Assembly: GCA_951406725.2 (NCBI GenBank)
Contig: OX597825.1
Coordinates: forward strand, 34,968,001-35,032,000
DNA length: 64,000 nucleotides
Direction of reading: 5' to 3'
Origin: Octopus vulgaris
Taxonomy: Eukaryota
A program made the position numbers and the translations under genes. Positions 38,325 to 51,369 of the stretch are shown piece by piece. The notes below the pieces were generated by a model that was not told the DNA's origin, searched no databases, and saw nothing but the letters and a program-made list of their open reading frames with translations. Position 1 is the stretch's first letter. Each line of letters starts with the position of its first letter.

Positions 38325-39192
38325 AATAGGCTGAAACTGTAGTGATAATTGGAAGCTTGACTGATAAATAGAAAACCACAAATGTTCTGTCCTGGTTTTC
38401 CCGATCATCCTTTTATTGTCCATCTGTCTGTATGATTTCATTGTTGTCCGTTACATTTTTGTTTCGTTTTTTTGATTTACATATACATATAGCGGTGCAC
38501 GTATGTATGGCTCAGCTTGTAAGTAAGTATATGTCTAAATTCTGTATGACTTTCGTCTTTCTTTACTCTTTTCTTTTTCTCACTCTGCCTCTCTCACTTT
38601 CTTGGCATTCTCTTTCTTTAATCTCTCTACTTTCCTCTGTTATCTCCCTTGTACCTTTTCCTCTCTCTCTTTCTCTCTCTAGTTCCTTCCTTAATTCTTC
38701 AATCCATTTGTTCCCTACCTCTCCCTGATCCTCCCACGTGATCGGTACTTGACTAAGCATGATCTTTCTTGGCTTGACTGCCCCTTGCACAACACCTTAT
38801 TTTCCTGTCTCCTGACTTTCATCTGTGTTTGTTGCTGTAAGGCTTCCACTTCACATGCCAACTTAACTTGTCCTTTTAGTCAACAGACACCTGTTGTTAT
38901 TCTTGTTGTTTGTATTTGTAATCATGTAACATTTTCTCCGTTTTCTCATTTTTTTGCCCTTGTTGTTGCATATATTTGACTACTTTCTTCCAAAAATTGA
39001 ATGCCCTATATTTTTGGGGCCTATCAATTTTAAACAGTCTCAAGTGTAACAGGTTGAAACTGTAGTGATAATTGAAAACTTGACTGATGAATAGAAAGCC
39101 ATGAATGTTCTGACCTGGTTTTCCTGTCTGTCTTTGTATTGTCCATCTGTCTGTATGTTTTCCTTGTTGTCTGTTATGTTCTTGCTCCATTT
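38325..39192 (+). mobile_element. Probable Penelope-like remnant bounded by direct repeats of about 145 bp
   Basis: Diverged direct repeats 38325-38473 and 39048-39192, both starting near GAAACTGTAGTGATAATTG; pyrimidine-rich interior; ends in (TA)n. Confidence 0.5.
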
Positions 39193-39213
39193 TATATATA
39201 TATATATATATAT

Positions 39214-39556
39214 ATTGTATAAAGGATTGTCGGTAAGGCCAAAACAATGCAAAGTAAATGCAAGGTAAATCAGAAGAAAACAAATATGTGAATTAATGTA
39301 GACTTACCTTGTATTCAATATTTTGGGGTTATGACCCCATTTTCAAGAAATTGATGAATGGGGCCCATTGGCAACATTTATCAATTTCTTGAAAATGGGG
39401 TCATAACCCCGAAATATTGGATACAAGGTAAATCTACATTAATTCACATATTTGTTTTCTTGTGATTTACCTTGCATTTACTTTGCATTGTTTTGGTCTT
39501 ACTCACAATCCTATATACAATTTATTCTTCACAATGCTTCATGATAATTATTCGAA
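39214..39556 (+). mobile_element. Foldback element (147-bp arms plus tail) in (TA)n
   Basis: Arms 39214-39360 and 39375-39521, 14-nt spacer, tail to 39556; hammerhead-like TTGAAAA-T-GGGGT-CATA-ACCCC-GAAATATT at 39389-39418. Confidence 0.78.
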
Positions 39557-39684
39557 TATATATATATATATATATATGTATATCATCATCATCGTTTAAT
39601 GTCTGTTTTCCATGCTAGCATGGGTGGGATGGATATATATATATATCTATATATATATATATATACATATATACATATTCATAT

Positions 39685-39717
<33 letters not shown>

Positions 39718-39724
39718 CATATAC

Positions 39725-39755
<31 letters not shown>

Positions 39756-40874
39756 CATATACATACGCATATATATGTATATTTATGTCTTTGTGTCCGT
39801 TTGTCCCACCCCACCATCACTTGACAACTGATGGTGTGTTTACGTTCACACAGCTTACTGATTCAGCGAAAGAGAACGATAGAATAAGTACCAGGCTTAC
39901 AAAGAATAAGTCTTGCACTCAGTTTCTTTGACTAAAAGATCCCTTTAACGTGGTGCTTCAGCATGGCATCAGTCACATGACTGAAACAAGTAAAAGAATC
40001 TTTTCTGCTCTAGACACAAGGCCTGAAATTTTGGGGAAAGGGGCCAGTCGATTGCATTGATCCCAGTATGTAACTGGTACTTGATTTATGACCCCGAAAG
40101 GACAAAAGGTAAAGTCGACCTTGGTGGAATTTGAACTCAGAATGTAAAGACAGATGAAATACCGCTAAGCATTTTGCCCAGCAGGCTAACGTTTCTGCCA
40201 GCTCACCACCTTAAACAAGTAAAAGAATAAAAGAGCATATGCATTTATGTATCAAGAAGAAAAGAGCATATATGCAAATACTTGATATAACTATAGAACT
40301 ATGGGCTGCACACTAAAAGTAGAGATGCAACTTAGAAAGACAGCAGACAGTACCTCGTGTTTTCAGGTTAAAACTAAGTTTTGCTGATAGAAGAGCTGTT
40401 CTTCTCTGAAAAATATAGGTATTCTTTTATTCTTTTACTTGTTTTAGCCATTTGACTGTGGCCATGTTGGAGCACTGCCTTGAAGATTTTTTCAATCAAA
40501 GAAATTGATTCCAGGACTTTTTGATTGGAGCTAGACCTTCCAGGATTTTCCATAAGTATATCATTGCATATCTTTCACATCTTCTCTCTAGGGAGTACAG
40601 CCTCAGTTCCTTTAACCTCTCCAGTAGCTCATCTGTTGCCCTAAGACAATCCTCACTATGTAGAAGAGCTGGAATGCCTCAAGTTCTGCTCTTAGTTTGA
40701 CACTCTGGTGATCAAAATCAGGAGCAATAATCTAAGTGAATGAGAATTAATGTTCTCCGTAGGATTAGCATGGTATCCTTATTAATATCATTACTATATA
40801 TTTTTTATTTATTTTATTTTATCTAGTTTCAGCTCACGAGCTGTGGCCATTCTGGGGCACCGCCATTTATATAT

Positions 40875-41171
40875 GTATAAATTTTCAATAGAATGCAAGT
40901 CTAAATATTTCAAGACACAAACCGTTAACCATAATATGGAAATGACCATAGAAGGTGTTATAAGCCATTTAAAAACACACAGAACCGTTAGATTCATTTC
41001 AACATTTAAATTTAATTTGTCAAAATATTTTCGTCCCTTTGAAAATGTGACCTGCCCACTGACAAAATTCCTGCGGTTTCAAAGGAATGAAAATATTTCG
41101 ACAAATTAAATTTAAATGTTGAAGTGAATCTAACGGTTCTGTGTGTTGTTATATGGCTTATAAACACCTTC
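40875..41171 (-). mobile_element. Foldback element (arms about 95 bp, tail on the left)
   Basis: Arms 40951-41044 and 41077-41171; three-stem hammerhead-like fold on the minus strand at 41069-41014. Confidence 0.7.
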
Positions 41172-43737
41172 AACGCTGCAATTGTTTATATCTGTTATTT
41201 CATCAGCAATTGATAGCTAAAGAAATGATTAAAATAAAAAATGTAGCATTCTTTATTACAAGCTGAAGAATATAAACCATATGAGTGATGTTAAGAAAAA
41301 GAAAAAAACAATGGACACACACACACACACACACACACAATGTATGTGTATGTCTGTATACAGTTAAATTGTTGACCTATGAGGCATTATGAACAGGTAC
41401 ATCTCATAGTAGTTGACATTTCAGAAAAATACATGCTGGTTATTCAAGCTTTGATGATACTTGTTATATTTTATAAAGAAGAAGGATGAAGATGCTGCTT
41501 AGACACACAATTCTTCAGTTGTAAATATTGACTTCTTTGAAGCATCAGACATAACACTTACATTGTTGTCTCATCATCAAAGACAGACTTCCTCTCAAAA
41601 TCTTGTCATCCACCTAATGGATTCCATTGAATACATCTGGAAAGTACATATACAAATAGTCTCAGGTGTGGATGTATGGTTAAAAAGCTTGCTTCCCAAC
41701 TATGTGGTCTTGGGTTCAATCCCAAAGTGCTGTACATTGGGCAAGTGCTTTCTACCATAACCCCAAGCCCACCAACCAATGCCATGTGAATGGATTTGGT
41801 AGACAGAAACTGAAAAGATGCCTCTCATATATATATAATTAGAAAGTAATGTAATAAAACATTATGGAGAATGTGTAGATAGAGGGTGAAGCATATCTCC
41901 TGCTGGTCAGGATTCATGCTAGCCCCAAGATAAAATCTTGTTTTGATTTCTCTCTATAGGAATATTTCCCTTGACGAGAGAAATCGGTCCTTTAAGAGGT
42001 CCCTAACATCGAAATTGCAATAGAGAATTAATCAGTTATTTCTAAGTTGTGGATTCTATTTGTCATGTCGCTTGAGGACAGTTTTTATCATGAAGAGAAA
42101 TAATATGAATGATAAAATGGCTTTATAGCAGTTTTAGCTGCTATTTTTAACATGTAAGGGTTTTGCAATCCTCTTAGTAATAATTGTAACTTGTTCATAA
42201 TTATAAACGTTCTTCTTCCGCGCACGTGTATGTGTTTGTGTGTGTTTGTGTGTGTATGTGTGTGTGCATGTGTGTGTTTGTTTAGACATCACATGGTGAT
42301 TGTAATGAGTATCAGCATTGTACAAGTAAGGTTGTTTGTTTCTAATCATCCGTGAAAAATGTCTAGCTTTGGGAAAGCATTACTTGCTTAGAAATAGGTG
42401 AAGATTGGTGACAGGAACATCATCTGGCCAAAGAAAAATCTGCCTCAACTAATTCCATCTAATCCATACAAACATAGAAAAAAGTATGTTAAATGAAGAT
42501 GATGATGGTGAAATAAATGGAATGTTTTAACATCAAAATTAACTGAAGTGGGAATCTTACTTGTCCCTGTCTCCAGTACTTGAAGATACCCCATATAACA
42601 TCAACAAAAAAAAAGGTGAAGTTAAAAGCATTAGTAATCTACCTGAAATATTAACAGTAAATTATATTAATCCTTTAGCATACAGATTACTGTCAAATGT
42701 AATGCTTATTTATTCACACTGTTTTGAATTATTCATGCTTTATCTCATAGTTTCAAGATTTTAATGATGTGATTGTTTATTTTTAGAATGACATGGTAAA
42801 GTTTGTGTGAGAGGCCAGATCTGGTTGGTTTAAACATAATACAGATAGAATATTTGAGATGGATGCGGCCAGTTTAAATGCTACAGGGTTACGACATATA
42901 AAAGAAGTATTTTTAAGATAGGTTATCTACAAAAATGACACATAGTTACCAAATTCACAAAATAAAGAGAGAGTGAGAAGTGTGGAATGACCTTTTAGCC
43001 ACTATTGTTTCCCAGTCAATTCTGACCTGGAACAGAAGCACCACTCAGGGTCCAAGCTATGCGTTAATTAGCATATCAGGGCTTGCCTATTTATACTTGT
43101 GATGACTGGATCTGGTGGATTCCTGGAAGAAATCATAATGATTCACCAGAGGGAAAGGTAACTACAGAAATGTATTGAGTAGTGCAGTGAGTAGGATGAG
43201 GCAAGTAAAACATTTTGGTCATCTCTTGAATCCATCACCATCCCCAGTCATCTTGACCTGATCTTGTCACTGGATTGAAGATGGTTACATATGACAGAGT
43301 GTGGTTGACACTGCACAACTCCTTTTCACTTTAAATAAAGCCACTACACAAGAAGTCATCAGTCATTTCTAGAGATGACTAAATAGTGCTTGTCACTTTG
43401 TTTGAGGAATGGATAGCGATCCTTTATATCTGTGATTCTCATCCTTTTCATTCCTAGAGATTGCTTTCATTTAAAGTAAAAAGTAACCTTTTTGAGTTTT
43501 ACCGACTCATAAGGGCTGTTTCCTCAGTTTCATGGTGTATATATTCCCTACCTGGAGGGGATGCCAGTCTGTCCCTGGGTTACTCACTTTTGTCAGCTGA
43601 ATGGACTGAAGTAACATGAAATGAAGTGTTTTGCTCAAAAACAACCCGTTGCCTGGTCCAGGAATTGAAGCCACAATCTTATGATCATGAGTCCAACACC
43701 CTAACCACTAGTCTATGTGCCTCCAATTAATTTAAAG

Positions 43738-44399
43738 CAGTGTTTCTCAATCATTTTCTTTTTACCTATGGACCTCTGTGATTCCTGTTTGGTTGGATGG
43801 ACTCATGTAGTTATTTGACATTAATTAAATATTATTATGAATTGTATTAAAAAATTGTTAAAAATATTTTGTATATTGCAGAAGTTGTTGGCATCCTTTT
43901 GTCTTGGGAGACAATGGAGTTGGGCATAAACTAATCCAGTCTGGTTTTTACATTTCATGTCCTCTCCAGTTTTGTGCAGGTCTGGACTAGATGTAAGAAA
44001 ATCCTGGGTAGCCCAATCATCAGGATTCCTCTCTCGACCTTGCTGACGTAGTCCAAAGGGGTGCAGAGCATTATGTTTGGCACCAGCTTGGTTGCAGGAG
44101 CTGCCGGAAGAGTGTCAAGTTGAACACTAAACCGCCTACAGAGCTCCACTCTGGATTTCTTTGAAGGTTGTCTCCTTTCCGTAACCCTCGATAGGGACCC
44201 ATACCAGGTACTTTCAGTCAGAGCCAGCTGAGGCGGGGACTTGCGTCAGGCAGGGTCGTCACTCTCTGAAGTAGTGAAGAAAAATCGCTACCTACTACCC
44301 ACATTGCAGAAGTATAACTAGTTTATTGGACATAAAATTTTAACAACATAATCTTACATGGACCCAAAGGACCATACGAACCCTGGTAGAAAACCACTG
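43738..44399. mobile_element. hAT/Charlie-like MITE hosting a retro-insertion
   Basis: CAGTGTTTCTC...GAAAACCACTG termini; 8-bp flanks ATTTAAAG and ATTTAAAT. Confidence 0.65.
43886..44302 (-). mobile_element. Non-autonomous RTE-derived element (5' head fused to 3' tail), 11-bp TSD
   Basis: TSD ATTGCAGAAGT at 43875-43885 and 44303-44313; RTE/BovB-like 3' end CCATTGTCTCCCAAGACAAAAGGATGCCAACA; RTE-like leader CCGGCAGCTCCTGCAACCAAGCTGGTGCCAAAC. Confidence 0.65.
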
Positions 44400-47081
44400 A
44401 TTTAAATAAATTCTTCCATACAACCCAGGCTTTTCCTGATAAACTATTTTTATTTACTAACAACTAAGTCATTTTCCCAGTTTTGTCTCTCAGTTGAAAG
44501 ATATCGATAATTTTGACAGTGTAGCCTTTTCAAATTTTGACTAGAACTCACAGACCCTACCCCACTTCTACTTGTGGCTGGGAACCACTGCTCTGCATGA
44601 TTGATTGAACTACTGGTGATAGCTGTCAAATCTCCCTTGAATCACATAGTAAGTTGCTCAATTAGGAAAGGACAATGTAATCCTGGATAGCCAATAAAAA
44701 TCTGGACAATCATGGATGGAGTGTATTTGATCCAGGCTTGGAACTGTTGCTCTACATGGTTACTCAAACTACTAGAAAAAATAGCAAATCTCCATCAAAA
44801 TTACACTATACCATATTCAATAAGGAAAGGACATATGATGTAATCTGAGGTAATTTGTAAAAAGACAGGACGATCAAGGTTGGAATGCCTTTGACCATCA
44901 TTGTACACCATCAGGATTGACTCAGGGTCAAACAAGAACGTATACAGAAATTGATAACAAAGGTGAAATATTCCAGTGAAGCTTCTATAAATATTGCAGC
45001 CACTTGAATATTGCCATCAGAAACATGAAGCAAAGTAAATGCTTATTGTCATGGAAATTAGCTGTCACAATGGCATAAATATATGAATTAATGTATTCAC
45101 AACAGATAACCAGATATGTCGATACATTAATGTGACCTCTTGTGTTTCGAAGAGATGTTGCTATTGTTGAGTGACCTTCTAGAAATAATAATTAATCTTT
45201 CTCAAAATCATACAGTAACATCTTAAAAATGAGGAGACATGCTGAATAGATCACACCTAGATACAACTACAACTGAAACAACAGACTCAGGCATAGTTGT
45301 GTGGTTAAGAAGTTCCCTTTGTAATCATGAGAATTTGTGTTTGATACCACTGCATGGCATCTTGAGTAAGTATCTTTTATTGTAGCTTTGGATTAACTCC
45401 AGACTTGTAATGGAAATTAGGTTGGCAGAAACTGTGCAGAAGCCTGTCTGGTGAGTTATACCTGTTATTTAAAGATTCAGCCTTGTTACTCTCTATTATG
45501 TTATAATCATAATTTGTTCCCAGAAAGATATTTTACCTATAAAATTTATAATACTTGTAAATAAATGGCAATAAAACAATAGTAGTATGTAAAGAATATT
45601 TTATGTAAAGCAAAAAGAATGTTGAGATCATTTATAATAAAAGATATCATAGGTGCAGTGGTAAGTAGCTGGTTTACCAACCACATGGTTCTGGGTTCAG
45701 TCCCACTGCATGGCACCTTGGACAAGTGTCTTCTACTATAGCCTCGGGCTGACCAAAGCCTTGTGAGTGGATTTGGTAGATGGAAACTGAAAGAAGCCCG
45801 TTGTATATCAAGCAACCATAGAGAGATTTCCCAATTGACACATAAAGTGTTATTAGTAACGATCTCACTTGGCTTGTTGAGTCTTCTCAAGCAACTGTGT
45901 ATATACATATAAATATACTGACTCACTGACACATGTGTATATACATATATATGTATACACATACTCACACAATGGGCTTCCAATCAGTTTCCATCTACCA
46001 AATTCTCTCACAAGCAAAGTTTTGGTTAGCCCAGGGCTATAGTGCTGCACAGTGAGACTGAACCCAACCCCCATTATTGCAAAGTGAGCTTCTTAACCAC
46101 ACAGCCATACCTACTATTATGGTGGAATTGAATTCTCTCTTTCTTCTTATGTATTCCAACACAATCACTGAATGTACATTGTACCAGCCACAACTCATTA
46201 AAAAAACTGCTGCTTTACTATCTCATTAATCTATGATAAAATTCCCCACCCTGCAACTTTTTATTCGTTTGTTCTATTTTGTCAATATAATATTTGTACA
46301 TTGTTTTTTACTTTCTATTTCTTAGTTTCAACTTAGAGTAACTCTTTCACATTCTGCAAACCATTAAAAGGGACAAGAATTTGTATGGCCTCCTAATCAG
46401 AAACTACTTTACATTAATTTACATTAGTCTGCTCCCAAACCTATACATTCAGTTGACCTTATACCTGCTACAATACATGTTCTATACTTTCCAGCACCAC
46501 CTTTATGACATGTCAGGGTCCACTTTGTTATGAATTTACTGGGAATATCATTGAGGGAAATGTTTGAGTTATTTGAAGTGTAACTCAAGATGGTTGACTA
46601 TCTTTTTCACAAAAGAAAGAAAAGAGTAAAATTATAGATTCAGTCATCAACACTGTTTGTCTAGAAAATTAGATATTCACAATTTTTCTCCACCAATTGG
46701 AAATTTAGCAGTTAAATATGGTCTCTGCTTGGACAGTTGTCAGCAAGGTTTGAATTCATGGGTAGGATTTGAACTGAAAAGCAAATAGATGGAACAGATA
46801 CTGCAAAGCATTTTGTCCAATGTTCTAATAATTCCACCAATTCACTGTCCTAGACTAGTACTTTATTTATGGGCTCTGAAATGATGAAAAGCCAAATTGA
46901 CCTCAGAGCACAGAGAGCAGTTAGAATTACTGTAAGGCTATCCAGCTCTCAAACAACTCAGTTAAATCACTACTATGACATTTCTATTTACACACAAGAT
47001 GCATTACTGGAATATAATTCAACCCCAGAAAGAAGAAATACAAAACTGGCCTTGGGGAAATTTGAACTCAGAATGTAAAAG

Positions 47082-47560
47082 TTACTTAAATGCTTTACTC
47101 TCTATTGAGCCATTGATAACTTTTCTCCATTGTTCTTGACTTTGGGCTGTCTCTTCTGCTTTTCTGCAGTTGGATCCCTGCTTTTTTGGCTCTGTCTCAG
47201 TATCCCACCTCCAGCTATTGTTAGGGTGTCCTCTCTTTTCCTTCTCTTGTGGGTCGCAGGTCAGGGCCTGATGTCTCATATATTTCCCTGAGAGAAGGCC
47301 ATCTTCTCCCAGATCTTATTGGTTCTAAATTATAATCACTATTGCTTCCATAACTTGGATTGTCTTCTAGTTAGGTGTTGTGGCCCTATGTAAACACATT
47401 TTTGCTTCTCAAAAGTGGCGACCTATATTAATCAGCCTCTGTCCTTTGACCTGACCAGCATGGGATGTCACCAGGTGCTTGTGCTCCATTGGCATAGCTC
47501 CCAGGGTCAGTGAGGCACACAAGCCACCGCATAACAACAAGGACTGGATATTATGGTGGT
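47082..47560 (-). mobile_element. Internally deleted RTE element (5' UTR plus ORF C-terminus), 12-bp TSD
   Basis: TSD AGAATGTAAAAG at 47070-47081 and 47561-47572; leader CCTTGTTG...GGCTTGTGTGCCTCACTGACCCTGGGAGCTATGCC; C-terminal peptide QALTCDPQEKEKRGHPNNSWR...AQSQEQWRKVI resembling the RTE WxPxGKRKRGRP..TW motif. Confidence 0.75.
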
Positions 47561-48789
47561 AGAATGTAAAAGACCATAGCTAAATGCCTCAGGATATTTT
47601 ATCCAAAGAACTGATAATTCTGCCAATTAATCACTTAAACATTTGGTTTTAATCAAATTTTTCAAAATAGAAAAAAATAAATTTCTATAGTTTTGCAGTT
47701 TTAACTCTCAAACATGGATGACCATATGTGTGTATGTGCATATGTGTGTATTAGTGTATGTGCATATGCATGTGTGTCTTCATGTATCCCAATATAAATA
47801 TGTTCATAATTATGTGTATATTAAATTTTTAGAGATATTGGTTATTATTAACAGTTTTAACTGATGTTATGTGAAAATATGCCATCATTCCTTTCTAATA
47901 ACACCCTATTTTATAAATGAGACTGTCTCATAATTAATTATTGTGTAAAAATGTTTGATATAATAACAAAAGACTACTGTTTTTGCTACTCTCTGTTTAA
48001 CTCTATATTTATTTTCTTTTTAATTTCATTTGATATTTTACAGATACCAGTAACTCAGAAATTTCAAAGAAAATAATTAATAAGAACAAGTAACAAATAA
48101 AAAAAGTCAGAGAGAAAAAAACAGTTAATAAAAAATAAAAACATACACATATTTCATCTTTAAATTGTTGTTCTTTGATGACAGTTTGTTAAAATATTAT
48201 AAAAGCAATTGAAATGTGGAATGCATATTTTTCAAAATATCATAGTTTAACAAAAATACTGTTAAACTATTTTAAAATGTCTAAGATATTGATTCTTGTT
48301 GAAAAATCGATGAGCTGTAAAGAAGCTGTATTTTGTAATGAGCTAGTAAAGTGATATGTAATAATTGTAAGAGTCTGTGCTAAAAATGTACCATGTGTGT
48401 ATGTTATTGTTCTAATCAAATCTGAATCAGTTCATTATATTACATAAATGTCCTGGAAAGAGTGATTTACCATCAGATTTCAGCTGCTTAGCTTTCACGT
48501 ATTTAAATACTTGAATGTCTGAGAGAAGCTTGTTCTATTCTGCTGTTTCATTGTTACATTCTGCATTTTACCTGGACTGCAGCCACAATGGGGCTGTGCT
48601 TCGAAGGGCCTAGTCAAACAAATTGACCCTAGTACTTATCTTTTCTGGTGTTTATTGTTGGTCTCTTTTGTCAAACTGCTAAGTTATGGGGACATAAAGG
48701 AACTAACATCAGTTGTTAAGTGATGCTGGGGAACAATGATAACAACACAGATGTCCAACAGTTGATAGATAAAATGTACAGCTTCCACA

Positions 48790-51088
48790 AAAACTTGGAT
48801 AAAAGATAAGAGCTTGTCCAGAAAAGAGAATGCCTACAAGAAATGCAGAGGCCAGGTCCAACATGCTCTGAGACAGATGATAGAGGCTTGGTGGTCTTTC
48901 AAGGCCACTGAACTCCAAGAAGCTGCTGACATAAAGGATTCTAAAGCCTTTTATGCTGGCCTCAAGAAAGTGTATGATCCACAAGAGCATAGTGTTAATC
49001 CTATTTTTTTATTGAATAGAGAGACACTCCTGACTGACAAATCTGACATCCTGAAATGATGGAAAGATCACTTTGAAGCTGTGTTGAACTCCACCTCAGT
49101 CACTGATGATGATGTCATAATGTCTGTTTCACAGCACACTGTAATACCAGAACTGTCTTGATAGTCAACCTTTCTGTAATTGGTAAACTCTATTAAGCAG
49201 ATCTCTTCTGGTAAAGCACCTGGCAGCAATGCTATCCCCACTGAAATTTACAAACATGGTGGACAGAAGCTTTTTAAGAAACACCATGACCTCTTCATAA
49301 ACATCTGGAAGGTAAGCCATGTAACACAGGACTTCAAGGATGCCTCAATTCAACATCTTTATAAGAACAAAGACAACAGAAGTGTCTGTGACAATCATCG
49401 TGGAATACCACTTCTGTCTATTGCTGATAAGATTCTTGCTTGACTCATTCTTGACAGGATCATCAAGCACTTTGTAAATGATATCTATCTAGAATCACAG
49501 CGCAGATTTTGTTCTGGTCATGGCACTATCAACATTTTCTTTTTCCTCCGACAGGTCATGGAGAAGGTAGGTGAGAAAAGCCAAGAGTTGTTCTTGATAT
49601 TCATTGACCTTACTAAGGCCTTTGACATATTAACAGGCAAGCACTATGGAAAGTTCTGAAAAAGCTTGGTATATCTGACATGAGGGAATGAAGGCTGCTG
49701 TCTTGTCTGGTGGGGAATCTTCAGCTTCTTTTGACATTACAAATGGCACAAAGCAAGATTGTGTTATGGTTTCTGTTTTGTTTGCACTCTTCTTTTCAGT
49801 GATGCTGAGGTACGCCTTTGACAACATACAAAGTGATGTCAAATTCCAGTTTTGAACAAGTGGTGGAATATACAATCATCAGAGATTCAAAGCCTGAACA
49901 CTGCTATGCACCAGTATCATTTGTGATCTACTTTTTGCAGATGATGCTGCACTAGTAGCAACCTCTTTAGAGGAAGCTCTGGAACTTCTATACTGGTTTT
50001 CTGCCTTTGGTTTGACCATCAGCATAAAGAAGACAGAAGTAATCCACCAAACTTGCCCTACTCCTAAACAAATTCGAGGTGTCAAGCAGAGGCCACCGGT
50101 TCACAATTTTCCTAACACTCCTATACAGGTTGATGGGAAAAGCCTAAATTATGTGAAGTCATTTACATATCTTGGTAGTAAAGTGAATTTGAGCGCTACC
50201 CTTGATGATGAAATCGTCAACTGTCTTGCAAAGGCAACCAATGCATTTGCCAAACTCTGTCATCATCTATGGAGTGAGAGGGGCATCAAATTTGACACCA
50301 AAGTACAGGTCTATAAAGCAGTCTTTCTTACCTTCTCTTGTATGACTCAGAATCATGGATACCCTATAGACGACACATTAACCAGCTTGACATCTTCCAC
50401 AAAGACTGTCTGAAGACAATCTGTGGTTATTCACTAAAAGACAAAGTTTCTAATGCTAATTGAATTTGAGTGCTACCCTTGATGATGAAATCGTCAACTG
50501 TCTTGCAAAGGCAACCAATGCATTTGCCAAACTCTGTCATCATCTATGGAGTGAGAGGGGCATCAAATTTGACACCAAAGTACAGGTCTATAAAGCAGTC
50601 TTTCTTACCTTCTCTTGTATGACTCAGAATCATGGATACCCTATAGACGACACATTAACCAGCTTGACATCTTCCACAAAGACTGTCTGAAGACAATCTG
50701 TGGTTATTCACTAAAAGACAAAGTTTCTAATGCTAATTTGTTTAGCAAGTGTAAGATTGGTGGAACTGAGAGCTTCCTTATACAATCACAACATCTTTGA
50801 GTGAACAGCATTGGTACAAACAAAATGGAGATCACTGTGTCAAAATGGTAATAAAAACTTTGTTGCAACCAGCATTAACAGGCTTGGGGGTGCAAGGCAA
50901 AGGAGAAAGGCAGCTGCAAATATACCTCCTACACTGACCTGTATTCCTCAAACTTGCAACATTTGTGGCCTTCTTTGCAAATCGTTAGTGGGACTTAAAT
51001 GACACATTCGACATAAGCATTATAACTGACAAAGAAAGAGTATGCTGATGGAGCCTCATACGTCAAAATTGATGGGAGAGTCCATCAC
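48790..51088 (+). mobile_element. RTE/BovB-like LINE, 5'-truncated and decayed, nested in a SINE
   Basis: Broken frames: GKAPGSNAIPTEIYKHGG, CDNHRGIPLLSIA, FIDLTKAFD, LLFADDAAL, FGLTISIKKTEV, FTYLGS, TKVQVYKAV, terminal CNICG...H..H zinc finger; SINE A halves at about 48570-48750 and 51090-51280. Confidence 0.92.
50184..50737 (+). repeat. 277-bp tandem duplication inside the LINE
   Basis: 50184-50460 and 50461-50737 nearly identical (I see one C/T difference); AATTTG microhomology at the junction. Confidence 0.9.
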
Positions 51089-51369
51089 ACACACATACAC
51101 ACACACACACCCACACACCCACACACACACACACGATGGACTTCTACACAGTTTTTGTCTAACAAACTCACTCAAAAGGCATTGGTTGACTCAGGGCTAT
51201 AGAAAACACTCATCCCAGGTACTGCACAGTGGTACTGAACCCAAAACCACATAGTTGCAAAGCAAGCTTCTTAACCACCTGTACCTTTACTCAAATGAAA
51301 ATTAAAATTTTGTGATTTATGAACCCCATATTTAGAAATGAAACATTCTTTTAAATATTATATCAACAT

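Noticed and set aside
41562-41613. Possible extra NCX exon (gtaagt donor at 41561)
   Set aside because: Poor acceptor, no NCX similarity, incompatible phase; the 59176 and 34661 exons already join in frame
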